A model generated the notes under the pieces. The model saw only the letters and a list, made by a program, of their open reading frames with translations. It ran no database searches and was not told where the DNA came from. Below are positions 26,586 through 40,270 of a DNA stretch of 56,706 nt, in pieces (position 1 is the first letter of the stretch; each line of letters begins with the position of its first letter). Origin of the DNA: Batkoa obscura (Eukaryota); assembly GCA_030770535.1 (NCBI GenBank), contig JASVEC010000106.1, positions 1 to 56,706 on the forward strand, given 5' to 3'. A program made the position numbers and the translations under genes.

Positions 26586-29127
26586 GGGGGTTGTCTGGAT
26601 TAGTTTCATTATTTTATCCAATTTTTGAAAAATGTTGTATTTTAAAAACTTCGCTTAAAATTCTATAAAATCATATCTTTATTAAAATGAAAGTACCCGG
26701 ACACAGTTCTAAATCATTACATTATAGTTTATACTATAAGTTAGTTGAATTTCTACTAGATCTTAAATACGTGTTCTTATAAAACTTTATTGAGAAATAT
26801 TTATTATCAACTGCTTTATAATCAACATTGGAGATTTGTTATCAAACAAATAAACTATTTTAATGTTATAATTACATTATCAATATATTGCCGAGTTAAT
26901 AAATAGGTGCATGCGAGGGGGAGTGGTTGGCCCCAAAACTATAATTAACCATCCCTAGATAGTACAAGTAATAATAGTATTTACATATTATTACAATTAC
27001 TTGTTCTTTGACTATTTATTAACTTAGCTACTAATAACTTAAGTAATCTTGACATTTAACAATCTATTTCTATTATTCAACAAACTACTTACTTGCTTAT
27101 TAAATATTGAAATTTTTAAATTCTCTGTTATCTTCGTAAGGTAAGCTGGGATCGATCTTTTGATTTTTCTGTTTTCTATAGACTCTATAACTTTAATTGG
27201 AGCTATATCGCTTTTTTTTAATGTATCGGATACTGGATAACAATGGGGATGTATTTTTTTGTTCAAGAATTTTACTAACGATCTTTCCACTGAAATAGCG
27301 CTTAAAAAATAGAAAAAGTAATGAAATCAAAAAAAACATTCCCAATGTAGTTTATTATTGTGTTTAATAAAGTGTAAGTACTTCTTTAATGCCCTGCATC
27401 TCTACTATTCTTTTTGTATTTTTGTTTCTTTCATACTTTTTAAAAATTATATCTGTTTTCCCATCATCAACGGTCGAGTTATTAATTTTATTATGCTCGC
27501 AAATAAAAGCCTCAAATCTTGAAACTAATCAATTGATATCTTCTATTTTACCTAATGCTTCAAAACTACTTTTCCATTTTGAAAGGTTCCCAAAATGTCC
27601 ATCAACTATACTTTTTCTATGATGCTCAGCAAAAAAATTAAGACCAATATTTAAACTACTGTTTATTTTATGGATTTCTTTAAATATATAGTGTAGAAAC
27701 TCTTGGGATCTAAAATGATTTCCTGTATCTGCCCATATATTAATTTTTGTAAACTTTTTAAATAAAAGCTCTGTAGAGGTTAAATCAATTCAACAGTCTC
27801 CTGCATATGCTGAATCATGATTCAATATTTCAGATAAATAATCAAAGTAAACTTTGCCTATTGTTTTATCATCTTTTAAATATAATACTCCAAAACCTAA
27901 TACTGATATAGCTTGTTTATTATAATGATCTAGATTTATTGAATCTGGTCTTGTTCCTATTTCCATATTTTTTAAAATCTAAAACTATTATACAACTTTT
28001 GTTATTTAATTTTTTGATAGTTTCATTAAATGTGTTTTTTTGAGTATCAACACATAATTTATGTAATTTGTATAATTTTTCTTCTTCGTTGAAAACTTCT
28101 TGTATCTCTGCTTTGTTTTTTGCTGTATTTACTTTATTTTCAAATAACTTTTTCTAACTGTATACTGAGCACATATATTACATAGATCCGTTTTTCTTGC
28201 TGGATTTTTGAAATTACCTGGTATATATTTAAAGAACGTTGACCTAGCTACTGCTTTATCTCTTAGATCATTCAAATATTTACTGTATATCATCCTTCTA
28301 CTTTTATTTAATATATATATTATCTGATGAATATTTACTATCGTTATTTTTTTTTATTAAATCTTGATGAAATAGTTGAATCATATAGTAAATATTGTAT
28401 AATAGTTTCAATTTGGTCATCTTTAGTTTTTTTTGTATTTTTAACAATAGGTTGTAATGTTGATATTTTATTATTATTATTTATTTTTGAATAATCATTT
28501 TGATTTCTGTTTATATTAAACCCAAAACTCTTACATTCATCAAAAGAATATACTGAAGCTATAGTTGATAATAACTCTACTTGCTGGTTTTTGTTTCCTG
28601 TTTCCCTTAAAGCACTAATTTTATACATTACTTGATCAAGTTTATTATTATTATCGATAGTAAACTTTGATAATATATCTTTTCTTTGTTTGTTTTATTA
28701 TAAGATTCCATAAACCTTGGGTTGTTATAAGTAGCTCTTAAAATTGATGTAAATGAATTACAATGTTTATATTGTGTACTCCTCCCTATTATATTGAAAT
28801 TTTCAAAAATTCCATTTTGAAGTTTAGTTATGAAAGTCTCCATTTTATTTTTATTTTGACAAAAAATAAAGTCAAATAAGTGTATTTATATAATTATATA
28901 ATCATATAGTTATATATTATATATCTATTAAATACCTAACAGAACTAACATAAAATATATAGTTAGGAAAATTAGCTATTTAAGAAAAGGAAACAATTAA
29001 AATAAGTTTTAAATAGAGACATTTAATTTTAGGCTTTTTAGATTTAACCGTTATATTGGACACAAACTTAAAATTTTAATTTTGAATTAATTTCTAAGTA
29101 AATCCCGAAACCAATTAGGACAGCCCC
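26586..29127 (-). mobile_element. Full-length Sola2-like transposon, copy B, carrying a nested MITE and itself inserted in a MITE
   Basis: Same TIRs, AAAT TSD on both sides, and the same broken transposase (28843 to 27039). Confidence 0.85.
27246..27343 (+). mobile_element. MITE nested in transposon copy B
   Basis: Same sequence and site as 22511-22608, AATG duplicated. Confidence 0.92.
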
Positions 29128-29168
29128 AAATAGTACTCAAAAAAACACCCCCATATGGAATTTTTGTA

Positions 29169-29271
29169 AAGGATGTTTTTTTAGTTTTAGCATTTTTTTA
29201 TTTTTTTAAATGCTATTTAACAGAAAAGCTATTAAAATTATTAAAATTATTAAACAAAAAAATACATCCCC
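29169..29271 (-). mobile_element. MITE, AT-shifted
   Basis: Family match with many C>T/G>A changes. Confidence 0.75.
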
Positions 29272-29540
29272 ATATATAATAGGCTGTTTTCGAATATTAA
29301 AGACAGTTTGAAATAGTTGATAATTTAATAGAAAATACCTTGAAAGCTATAACAAGCTATAGCTAAATTTATTAAAAAATACCAAATACATAATACATGA
29401 CTTTAGAAATCATTATATTGCTAATAAAAAAGCTTTTTATATGGCTATTATAGACAAAGCATGTATCGATTTAGCTAATTATGGTTATTAGTACTTTTTT
29501 ATCATATAAGTAATAATAGTAATTTATAAATTAAATATAT

Positions 29541-29743
29541 GGGGATGTATTTTTGTGTTTAAGAGTTTTACTAACAAATTTTCCGCTTAAATAGTGCTTA
29601 AAAAATGGAAGAAATAATGAAGTCAAAAAAAACACTCCCATATGGAGGTGTTTTTTTGACGTCACTACTTTTTCCATCTTTTAAGCGTTATTCGAGCGGA
29701 AATTTTGTTAGCGAAATTCTTAAACACAAAAATATATATCCCT
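29541..29743. mobile_element. Inverted MITE pair (29541-29639 +, 29644-29743 -) sharing one ATAT
   Basis: ATAT-element-ATAT-element-ATAT. Confidence 0.9.
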
Positions 29744-29754
29744 ATATGAAAAAG

Positions 29755-30219
29755 TGTGAAATATTGCTTTTCCAGTCCCATGGTTATTATAGCATAATAA
29801 TCGCCTAAGCTGTTGGGTTCCTAAGTTCAGAAGAAATCAACCCCACGTTCTTAGTTTGATTTCCTATGAGAATTTCTAGTTCCATCCCAAAGAATATTAT
29901 CTTCTCATTTTGATATTTATACTTTTTTAGAGTATAAAAGAGATTCTAAAACATAGTAGCTCGAGGCTTTTTAACTGAATTATCCCCTGACATCTCGAAC
30001 ATTTAATAAAGCCACTAAATCTTTCTGATAGTATCTTACGTAGATTTTACACTAGTATTGTCTATTCTATTTGTCTTATATAATCTGTAGCCTATTACGT
30101 ACTATTCTTCATAATCTAGGCCTATCTTAGTCACATAAACTAAGGCCTTTCGACTTAGAGTGTAGTCAACCAGACAACAGCTGTTTTTGACTCCAAGCAC
30201 TAAAGTACCAGATTTCACA
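29755..30219. mobile_element. ~465 bp TG..CA repeat, probable solo LTR
   Basis: Termini TGTGAAAT...ATTTCACA. Homologous pieces at 44498-44620, 45249-45580 and 24746-24923. No matching TSD seen at this copy. Confidence 0.65.
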
Positions 30220-30440
30220 CAGCAATATATTAATCAATATAATATGTAATTAATTAATTTGAGTATGATTTATAAGTGATAATTGTTAGATCAAGTTTTT
30301 TATTTTGATTTACTATAAGAACTTTTACTACTTTAGTTATAAAAGATATTATTTTTTTTGTTTTAATATCCATACTTAATAACTATAATAAAAAATAAGA
30401 TAATGATTATTTTTTATATATAGTCATCTAGTTAAAGTAT

Positions 30441-30637
30441 GGGGATGTATTTTTTGTTCAAGAATTTTGCTAATAAATTTTTCGCTCAAATAGCGCTCAA
30501 AAATGGAAAAAGTAATGAAACCAAAAAAACATCCTCGTATAGAGTGTTTTTTGGCTTCATCACTTTTTCTATCTAATCTAAATGCTATTTAAGCGGGAAA
30601 AGGCTGTTAGTAAAATTAAATACAACAATATATCCAC
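30441..30637. mobile_element. Inverted MITE pair (30441-30536 +, 30541-30637 -) sharing one GTAT
   Basis: GTAT-element-GTAT-element-GTAT. Confidence 0.88.
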
Positions 30638-31197
30638 GTATAAATTCAATATGGTAACTAGTCAAGGTGGAGAAGGGGTGCTAGTAGATATGGGGTAGAT
30701 GTGATTTTTACATTTCATGTGGCACTTTAAATATAGCTTTAACTAGTATAAAACTATTAAAACATTAAAATAAGTATTTTTAGTTCTAGTAACTACTATT
30801 AAAATTACTAATGCTCCCTCCCTTTATTTTTAATATATAAAAAGTTTTTGGTATTTTAACTTTTAAAATATAATGTTTTTCAATAAAAATTATCTATATA
30901 ATAAATAAATTATTCTAAGTATATAAGGGTAGTTTGTTTGAACGTTTTTAATGATTAAAATGTAGTAGTTTTCACATTGGTACAATGTTTTATATTAATA
31001 TTACCATAAATTTGTATACATATGATATAAAGTATTTAAATTTTTCAAAATAGATTTTATTTTTCCTACGGAATGTTTTTATTGTGTAATGCCAGAGAGA
31101 CAAACAGCCCTTCCAACTTTTAAAAGCAGGCAAGCTTTGTTATTTTATAATATATGAATTTGAACTATGAAAAGAGATGATGGACAAGGGATCATAT

Positions 31198-31302
31198 GGA
31201 GGTGTTTTTTTTGGTTTCATTACTTTTTCCATCTTTTAAGCACTATTTGAGCGGAAAAACTGTTAGTAAAATCCTTAAACACAAAAATAAAAATACATCT
31301 TC
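31198..31302 (-). mobile_element. MITE
   Basis: Family match, TSD ATAT. Confidence 0.88.
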
Positions 31303-32230
31303 ATATATTAAGCTTAAATTATTATTGATTTTTTATTTTAGTTTTGACTATTTTAAAAAATTTCATAAATAAAACTCTTGTTTGACATTATTTATGATTT
31401 GATGAATCTCTTTCTAGTTTATTTAAGCGGGATTCTGTAAGGGCTTTTTTATCTAATTATAAATGTACCCTTAAAAGTTAACAAACAGGACATGCATTAA
31501 CAATCATTTTCTCGTTGATACTCATTTGATTTGCAGATAACAAGGTGACTTTTGTTTTCAAGTATAATGTAAATTTTTGATATTTTAAAATATAATTTGT
31601 GGGTATCACAAAAAAAAATCAAATATTAGTATTTGAGTTTATTGTTAAATAATTAAAGTGGCTTTAATTTAGTTAACCTTTTAAGTAAGTCAGTTGAAAA
31701 TTTATAAATATCACTCAAATTCATAGATTAATATATTATAAAATATTTAATAATGATAGTATTAAAATATGAGCTCTGGTAATAATAGCGGAAGACTTGA
31801 AAATTATAATATAAAAAGGAATTAAACAACATTTGTTTTTATTGATTTTAGTATTATCCAAATAGCTCAGTTTTATCAAATAACAACAACTAGTTGTCAA
31901 AATGCTTAAGTTTACTATTATTTATGTATTAAAAAGTAAAATAATTTTTATGCCGAAGTCGTAAAAGTTACAAATTTATTACAAAAAGAAGCTCATCAAA
32001 ATGATTGATGTTAAATAATAAATTTAAATTGACAAAAAAAGATTAGTTTATATCTTAATTGCTCTAATATATAGGGTCTACTAAATAAAAATACACGACC
32101 GTTATTTATCCATCCGCGGTATCCCCTGTATTACTTATTACTTTTGTTTTATTTGGCTTAAAACGCTTTTATTTTAATTATTGATTTTAGTATAAATTTT
32201 TGGTACTTGTACATAAAAGCACAAACACAT

Positions 32231-34300
32231 GGGGTTGTCTGAATTAGTTTCATTATTTTATCCAATTTTTGAAAAATGTTGTATTTTAAAAACTTCGCTT
32301 AAAATTCTATAAAATCATATCTTTATTAAAATGAAAGTACCCGGACACAGTTCTAAATCATTACATTATAGTTTATACTATAAGTTAGTTGAATTTCTAC
32401 TAGATCTTAAATACGTGTTCTTATAAAACTTTATTGAGAAATATTTATTATCAACTGCTTTATAATCAACCATTGGAGATTTGTTATCAAACAAATAAAC
32501 TATTTTAATGTTATAATTACATTATTAATATATTCCCAAGTTAATAAATAGCTGGCATGGGAGGGAGTGATTAGCCCCAAAACTATAATTAACCTTCCCT
32601 ATATAGTACAAGTAATAATAATATTTACATATTATTACAATTACTTGTTCCTTGAGTATTATTCAACAAACTACTTTACCTGCTTAGTAAATATCAAAAG
32701 TTTTTAATTCAGTTATTTTCGCAAGGTAAACTGGGATTGATCTTTTAATTTTTCTGTTTTACATAAACTCTATAACTTTAATTGGAACTATATCGCTTTT
32801 TTTGATGTATCAGATACCGGATAACAATGTAGTTTATTGTTATGTTTAATAAAGTGTAAATACTTCTTAATCCCCTGCATCTTTATTACTCTTTTTGTAT
32901 TTCTGTTTCTTTTATACTTTTTAAAAATCATATCTGTTTTCCCATTTTACTAACAGTCGAGTTATTAATTTTATTATGCTCGCAAATAAAAGCCTCAAAT
33001 CTTGAAACTAATCAATTGATATCTTCTATTTTACCTAATGCTTCAAAACTACTTTTCCATTTTGAAAGGTTCCCAAAATGTCCATCAACTATACTTTTTC
33101 TATGATGCTCAGCAAAAAAATTAAGACCAATATTTAAACTACTGTTTATTTTATGGATTTCTTTAAATATATAGTGTAGAAACTCTTGGGATCTAAAATG
33201 ATTTCCTGTATCTGCCCATATATTAATTTTTGTAAACTTTTTAAATAAAAGCTCTGTAGAGGTTAAATCAATTCAACAGTCTCCTGCATATGCTGAATCA
33301 TGATTCAATATTTCAGATAAATAATCAAAGTAAACTTTGCCTATTGTTTTATCATCTTTTAAATATAATACTCCAAAACCTAATACTGATATAGCTTGTT
33401 TATTATAATGATCTAGATTTATTGAATCTGGTCTTGTTCCTATTTCCATATTTTTTAAAATCTAAAACTATTATACAACTTTTGTTATTTAATTTTTTGA
33501 TAGTTTCATTAAATGTGTTTTTTTGAGTATCAACACATAATTTATGTAATTTATATAATTTTTCTTCTTCGTTGAAAACTTCTTGTATCTCTGCTTTGTT
33601 TTTTGCTGTATTTACTTTATTTTCAAATAACTTTTTCTAACTGTATACTGAGCACATATATTACATAGATCCGTTTTTCTTGCTGGATTTTTGAAATTAC
33701 CTGGTATATATTTAAAGAACGTTGACCTAGCTACTGCTTTATCTCTTAGATCATTCAAATATTTACTGTATATCATCCTTCTACTTTTATTTAATATATA
33801 TATTATCTGATGAATATTTACTATCGTTATTTTTTTTATTAAATCTTGATGAAATAGTTGAATCATATAGTAAATATTGTATAATAGTTTCAATTTGGTC
33901 ATCTTTAGTTTTTTTTGTATTTTTAACAATAGGTTGTAATGTTGATATTTTATTATTATTATTTATTTTTGAATAATCATTTTGATTTCTGTTTATATTA
34001 AACCCAAAACTCTTACATTCATCAAAAGAATATACTGAAGCTATAGTTGATAATAACTCTACTTGCTGGTTTTTGTTTCCTGTTTCCCTTAAAGCACTAA
34101 TTTTATACATTACTTGATCAAGTTTATTATTATTATCGATAGTAAACTTTGATAATATATCTTTTTTTTTGTTTTTTTTAAATAAAGAGATTTAATTTAG
34201 GCTTTTTAATTTTAACTGTCACGTTAAAAAGAGAGCAGATTTAAAATTTTAAAGTTTGGATTAACTTCTAAGTTCTAAAACCAATTTGGGGGATAATCCC
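32231..34300 (-). mobile_element. Internally deleted Sola2-like transposon, copy C
   Basis: Appears identical to copy E over the first ~1.9 kb, then jumps at ~34165 to a divergent right end (AAACCAATTTGGGGGATAATCCC). Flanks are ACAT/ATAT. Confidence 0.85.
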
Positions 34301-34468
34301 ATATAATTATGCCCACCTTGGATTTTATGTAGATTTAAATACTAAATATATAAAGTAAAAATTATCACCAGAATTTCACAAACCAAACAAACCTCTATAG
34401 CCATTATTTATGGATTTCTGGTTTTAACTTTTATTGATTTATATTCATCTGGTAGTGCAGATGTACAC

Positions 34469-34565
34469 AGAATGTGTTTTTTGTCTAAGGATTTTACCAA
34501 CAACCTTTCCACTCAAATAGCGCTTAAAAAATGGAAAAAGTAATAAACCAAAAAAACATCCTCCC
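34469..34565 (+). mobile_element. MITE
   Basis: Family match. Confidence 0.8.
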
Positions 34566-35749
34566 TATATTTAAAAAGAATGGAAACCTGAATAAATATC
34601 TTTTATTGACTCTCAGTATAGAACGCATAAGCATCATTATATAGTGTGGTAAGTATTGGAGAGTTGCTAATATGATTAATATTGATACATTTGTGACTGC
34701 TGATCTTGAGAATATGTTTTTTAATGATAGAGTACATAAGTCATTTTCATTTTCAAATATCGAAAAGGCTTTAAAACAAATATTAAACTTATTTTTGTTA
34801 AGTAATAATAAGTTATATTTTAAGATAATTTTAAAAAATATATGTTTATAAAATTATAATATAGATTAATAAATATTTGAGTCTTAAACACATTTGAAAG
34901 ATCTAATAAAAGTTTTTACTGATAAAAAAATCAAAATTAAAATATTACTTACTATTTTAGATAAAATAAAGTTGATATCAAAAAACTGTTTTTTTATTTA
35001 TCTAATATATACATAATACTAAGCCATCATCATCATATTGCACCCCTTTTCTTTTGCTTTAAAATTTAAAATTTAAAATAAAATATATCTGTAAACTGTA
35101 CTGTGTGTAACCTTAGTTTTTAGCTAAAAAGTTTAGGATGTTTTTTTACAGCCTCTGTTGTTTTAGTGTCAACAACATGATTGATCAGGTTATAAGTGTT
35201 ATCAATTTAAAATGAGAATCATAATATCCATGACATTAAACTTTTCAAATTCTTATTTTTGAGTCTTTATTTTTTACCAAGCTTTAAAAAAATGTCACTT
35301 TACACTTATACCCAAAACGTATTTATATTTATTATTAGTTTCAAATTCTTGATGGTTAACTTCATTAAATTCTTAATGTAATTCAATAGTCGGAGTAAAA
35401 AAAATCCTTACACTACATAATACATTTCAAAATGAATTTAGCCAGTTTACAGTACTGGGGGCCATGTATTAATATTCACTTACTCTAAATACCGCACAGT
35501 TTTAGTTTTAAAGATGAGAGAGCTATATTAATATGAATTGTTTTTCTTAAAGAATGATTATTTGTAAATTAAATATCTAAAAACGTTGATTCAATGTAAA
35601 CAAAAAATCGTCTTGATTTTGTAATATTATTAAAAGTAATAAATTTAAGTTATTCAAATAAAGTCGATTGAATAAACGTTTAATCATTTTCAAGGTCAGG
35701 TTTTTTCGTCTATAAACTTTATAATATTATATATATTCTACTAGGTTAT

Positions 35750-37000
35750 AATACATTTATGTATTAATTCTTTTGAGTTCTGAATTGCTATTAATTTCGA
35801 AAAAAACTTCCCAGATAGATATCTATCTATACTTCGTTATTTATTGGAACTAAGTAATTTTAATTATTTGTAACAATATTTAGCTAAAATGTCCACATGT
35901 TAATGATATTAGAAATAACTTTTTACAATTAAAAATTAAATTCATGTTTTTTTGATGAATCTTTAAGTTCCTTTTAAAATTATTTCCATATCCTCTCTTC
36001 TGTTTTATTGCCAATTAATACCATATCATCAGCCGTCAAGTGGTTTATCTAAACTGAATATACTTGTACCTAACCTCCCCATTTTAAAGTTCAATTTAAC
36101 AATGTATCAATCAACATAATCGATCACAATAGGGGTAGCGAGATCCTCCTGCTCCAGTCCATATATTGATATTGGAGTATACTCATCGATATGGCCATAA
36201 AAAGCTTTGGTTTTATAGTTTCTATGTGTAAAACAAGCTAATAAATTTCTAGATTATGAATTCTCGCAAAGTTTAAGCCTTAAGCTTTAATTAAAGATTC
36301 CCTAAGTTTACAGAATGTTAACCTCAGAAATATCTAAAGAAATAATAATGGATTTGTTTTGATATTTAAATGCATTTATTATATAATCAATCATAAAATT
36401 AAAATTGCTCAATGAATGAATTTTCCCTTTTTGGTAAATAAACAAAATTTGTATAAAAATATCCCCTCTCGATTGTTGAACGAAATACTTTGAGGGATCT
36501 CTCCTATTGACTAAAACTGAAAACAATAATTTTAAAAGGGTTTCTAATAAAGCTATTAGTCTAAAGCAATTTGTTACACATCCAACTAAATTTTATCTTT
36601 CATGTATGGGCTAATTTCTAACTTTTTTATAAATTGTATTTGGAAAGTACTTCTATTTTATTATATTAATTGATTAAACCAAGTTTGATAAAGTACACTA
36701 TTTGAATACTCTTTTCCAAAACACTATTTCAAAAATGGTTGTAAATTTTCTTTATTACGGATGTTTAGCTTTATCACATTTGTAAATAGTCTATAAGTTG
36801 TTTTACAAAAAGGTCTTGGGCTTTAATATGAAATTTTCTTTAAGTGAATTCTACAGTGTTTTACTAAAAGCTATAAAGCATGTATATTATATCAAAAAAG
36901 ATAATCGTATTACAATTTACAATTAATGTCTATCAATGTCCTGTGGTATTTATTTGTTTCAATTTCTTGCTATGTTTAAATTTTGTCTAATGTATGTACT
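35750..37000 (-). pseudogene. Degenerate non-LTR (LINE-like) reverse transcriptase remnant; boundaries approximate
   Basis: Colinear decayed RT motifs on the minus strand: IISLDISE (~36330), GLEQEDLATPIV (~36150, GxxQGD-like), INHLTADDMVLI (~36030) and KYR..YLG (~35820). Many stops. Confidence 0.7.
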
Positions 37001-37499
37001 TTCCCATTTCTATTATAAAACAATGATGTTCGCTAAATTTTGTATATAATTAATTGAACTTGCTTTGTTTATTTTAGTCTTTTAATATGTTAATGATTCT
37101 GTGGTTTCTTTCTTTTTTGCTCTACTGGTTTTATTGTATTGGCTATCGTTTTACTCTACTATTATATTTGAAAGTTCAATCCAGTTTATATTATAGAGCA
37201 CTTTCCGACTTTTTATCACTTATATCCCCTTGAGTATAATATTGAACTTTTCTCAACTAATTCCTTTCTAAAAGTTGACTCAAACCAACCCCCATGGTAA
37301 GTCTAAAATACATATTAACATATTTGATGAAAAGTGTTCATACCATTTTGTTAATTGTAGCTTTATAAATAGATACTTATTTAAATTTTCATACACTAGA
37401 CCACAATCTATTAAACTCTTAGATTAGGAAAATAGTACATTAAAAATTAACCTTTTTAGTTATAAAGTTGATTAATTTAATAAGCAATATTCAATATGT

Positions 37500-38566
37500 A
37501 GGGTATAATATATCTGAATTTGGTTTCATTATTTTATCCAATTTTTAAATATTTTCTATTTTGTTTTAAAAACTTTGCTTAAAATTCTATAAAATCAAAT
37601 TTTGTTATCAAAACAAAAGTATCCGGGGATACAGCTCTAAATCATTATATTATAGCTTATACTGGAGGTTAGTTATTTCTAATAGATGAGGCTGTATTTT
37701 TGTGCTTAAGAATTTTACCAACAAATTTTTCACTCAAATAGCACTTAAAAGATGAAAAAGTGATGAAGCCAAAAAAAGCATCCCCAGAGAGATCTTAAAT
37801 ATCCACACCATTATAAACCTTTATTGGGAAATATTTATTGTTGGTTAGCAAATACCTGAACGAGGGGAAGTAATTAGTCCTAGAGCTATGATTAACTATC
37901 CCGATGTAGTGCAACCAATATAATAACAGTTTTTACTTAATATTATAGCTAACTGCTTAGTAAATATCGATAATTTTAAATTCTTTGTTATTTTTGTAGG
38001 GTTAAGAAGCTGGGATTGATCTTTTAATTTTTCTGTTTTACATAAACTCTATAACTTTAATTGGAACTATATCGCTTTTTTTGATGTATCAGATACCGGA
38101 TAACAATGTAGTTTATTGTTATGTTTAATAAAGTGTAAATACTTCTTAATCCCCTGCATCTTTATTACTCTTTTTGTATTTCTGTTTCTTTTATACTTTT
38201 TAAAAATTATATCTGTTTTCCCATCATCAACGGTCGAGTTATTAATTTTATTATGCTCGCAAATAAAAGCCTCAAATCTTGAAACTAATCAATTGATATC
38301 TTCTATTTTACCTAATGCTTCAAAACTACTTTTCCATTTTGAAAGGTTCCCAAAATGTCCATCAACTATACTTTTTCTATGATGCTCAGCAAAAAAATTA
38401 AGACCAATATTTAAACTACTATTTATTTTATGAATTTCTTTAAATATATAGTGTAGAAACTCTTGGGATCTAAAACGATTTCCTGTATCTGCCCATATAT
38501 TGATTTTTGTAAACTTTTTAAATAAAAGCTGTGTAGAGATTAAATCGACTAAACAATTTCCTGTAT
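37500..38566 (-). mobile_element. Truncated Sola2-like transposon, copy D (left end plus transposase C-terminal part)
   Basis: Degenerate left end (..TCTGAATTTGGTTTCATTATTTTATCC). 38020-38520 is nearly identical to the other copies. Confidence 0.8.
37688..37785 (+). mobile_element. MITE nested in transposon copy D
   Basis: GAGG..CCCC. Empty site TAGATCTTAAAT in copies B, C and E. Confidence 0.88.
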
Positions 38567-38570
38567 ATAT

Positions 38571-38874
38571 GATCGTCCTAATTAATCTCAGAATTTACTT
38601 AGAAGTTAATCCAAACTCTAAGATTTTAAATCTACGTCTTTAACGCGACAGTTAAATTTAAAAAGCCTAAATTAAATCTCTTTATTTAAAACCTATTTTA
38701 ATTGTTTCCTTCTCTTAAATAGTTAATTTTTCTAACTATATGTTTTATGTTATTTCTGTTAAATGTTTAATAAGTCTATTTATATAAGTATGTAGTTGTA
38801 TATTATACATTTGTTAAACATTTGACAGGAATAACATAAAACATATAGTTGGAAAAATCAATTTGGACAACCCC
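38571..38874. mobile_element. Foldback derivative made of two inverted right ends of the Sola2-like element
   Basis: Starts with a reverse-complement right end (GATCGTCCTAATTAATCTC) and ends CAATTTGGACAACCCC. Inner ~43-bp inverted repeat at ~38728-38770 / ~38814-38856. Confidence 0.65.
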
Positions 38875-39203
38875 AAATAGTTATTTATAAAAATAGCTAG
38901 ACAGATCCTAGATAGCTTATTAAGTTTATTTAGATTTTAATAATCTTTACTTAATCTGCATACTATAACTAAAGCCTATAATTTTATAATTTTAAAGCCT
39001 ATTTAGCCAAATAGCTTTCTTCATTCAGCATTATAATTAAATATAGTTTATTTTAGAGAAACATGGTTGATCATAAAAATAGTGTTGTAGAATATATAGT
39101 TTAAATACTTTTATAGTATGAATAATTGAAAAGTGTTTTTTTCTGCTATAGTATGATTTTTTTATGTGTTTCAATAAAGTTTTAAAAGTATGAGCTATTA
39201 TAT

Positions 39204-39302
39204 GGTGATGTTTTTGATTTCATTACTTTTCCATCTTTTAAAAGCGCCCTATTTGAGCGGAAAAATTGTTAGCAAAATTCCTAAACAAAAAGATACATCC
39301 CG
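39204..39302 (-). mobile_element. MITE
   Basis: Family match, TSD ATAT. Confidence 0.85.
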
Positions 39303-39824
39303 ATATATTTGTAATTACTGTCATCAAGTTAACAAAACACTTTTAGCTGCAGTTAAAATAACATTGGTATACAAGGAAAAAGGCTTTGAAAAGCTTAAAA
39401 ACATTAATACCTAGGGACATTAAACAGTTTATTAATGCTTGATTTTTTTCTTTAATAATTGAAATAATAGAATGGCTTAAGTTTAAAAAACCCTTTGTAA
39501 ATCTTTGGCAATAATTTATTAATCTAAGGAATACTTGGATTTCTATTATAAGTAAAAACTCTTTTATTCCATCTGATTTATTGGAAACAAAGGCTAAACT
39601 TTCACCAAAGACCTAAAATAACCTAAAAATTCCAGGCTAATTTAAAAAAAATGAATCATTTGGTTCTAATTTTAAGTTAGCTTGACAAGGCTATTTAAAT
39701 GCTACTTTAGGCTCAGGTTAAGTAATCTATGGAAGTCTCTAAAAACACGTTCAAGTTATTTAAGTAACTTGATATATAGAAACTTGAAATCATTTAATAT
39801 ATTATCTATAAGATATTAAAATAT

Positions 39825-39919
39825 GGGGGTGTTTTTTTGACTTCACTTTTTCCATTTTTTAAACGCCATTTGAACAGAAAAATTCTTAGTAAAATCCTTA
39901 AACGTAAAAATACATCTCC
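39825..39919 (-). mobile_element. MITE
   Basis: Family match, TSD ATAT. Confidence 0.88.
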
Positions 39920-40159
39920 ATATAGCAAAAGCATTTAAAAGGCCTTATAGCATCTTAGCTGGTTAAAATAGCCTTTTGAAAGCAATTAAAGTGAATTTCT
40001 ACCTTAAGTTCAGACTGAGATTCATAATATATTTTAATTGTAACAGATAATAAATTCCATACATACATTTTATCTTTAGTGTTGGCAGAGATAGCTAATT
40101 TTTTTTAGCAATTTATAATAAAATTGAGATTCTTCGCCTTGGTTCAGATGTTTAATAGT

Positions 40160-40270
40160 AGGAATGTTTTTTTGACTTCATTCTTTTTTCCATTTTTAAG
40201 CAGTATTTAAGCGGAGAATTTGGGGATGTATTATGTTTAAGAATTTTACTACCAATTTTTCCACTCAATA
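40160..40270. mobile_element. Two fused partial MITEs
   Basis: A right-end half is followed at ~40222 by a new GGGGATGT left end. Confidence 0.7.

Larger units (their letters stand above)
26529..29152 (+). mobile_element. MITE split by transposon copy B (halves 26529-26585 and 29128-29152)
   Basis: Left half before and right terminus (AAACACCCCC) after copy B. Outer TSD ATAT. Confidence 0.75.

Noticed and set aside
31380..31530. Minus-strand MSINEKMIVNACPVC fragment
   Set aside because: Multiple stops and no convincing intron model.
22654..38382. Repeated plus-strand ORF MPCISTILFVFLFL... (22654, 27389, 38116)
   Set aside because: Antisense shadow of the transposase C-terminal region.
15137..39414. 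Recurrent short ORFs with FFLxSLLFPxFKRYLSGKIVSKILKHKNTSP-like peptides (15137, 18265, 25535, 26387, 26406, 29605, 39190)
   Set aside because: They are translations of MITE copies with variable starts and frames, not a protein family.
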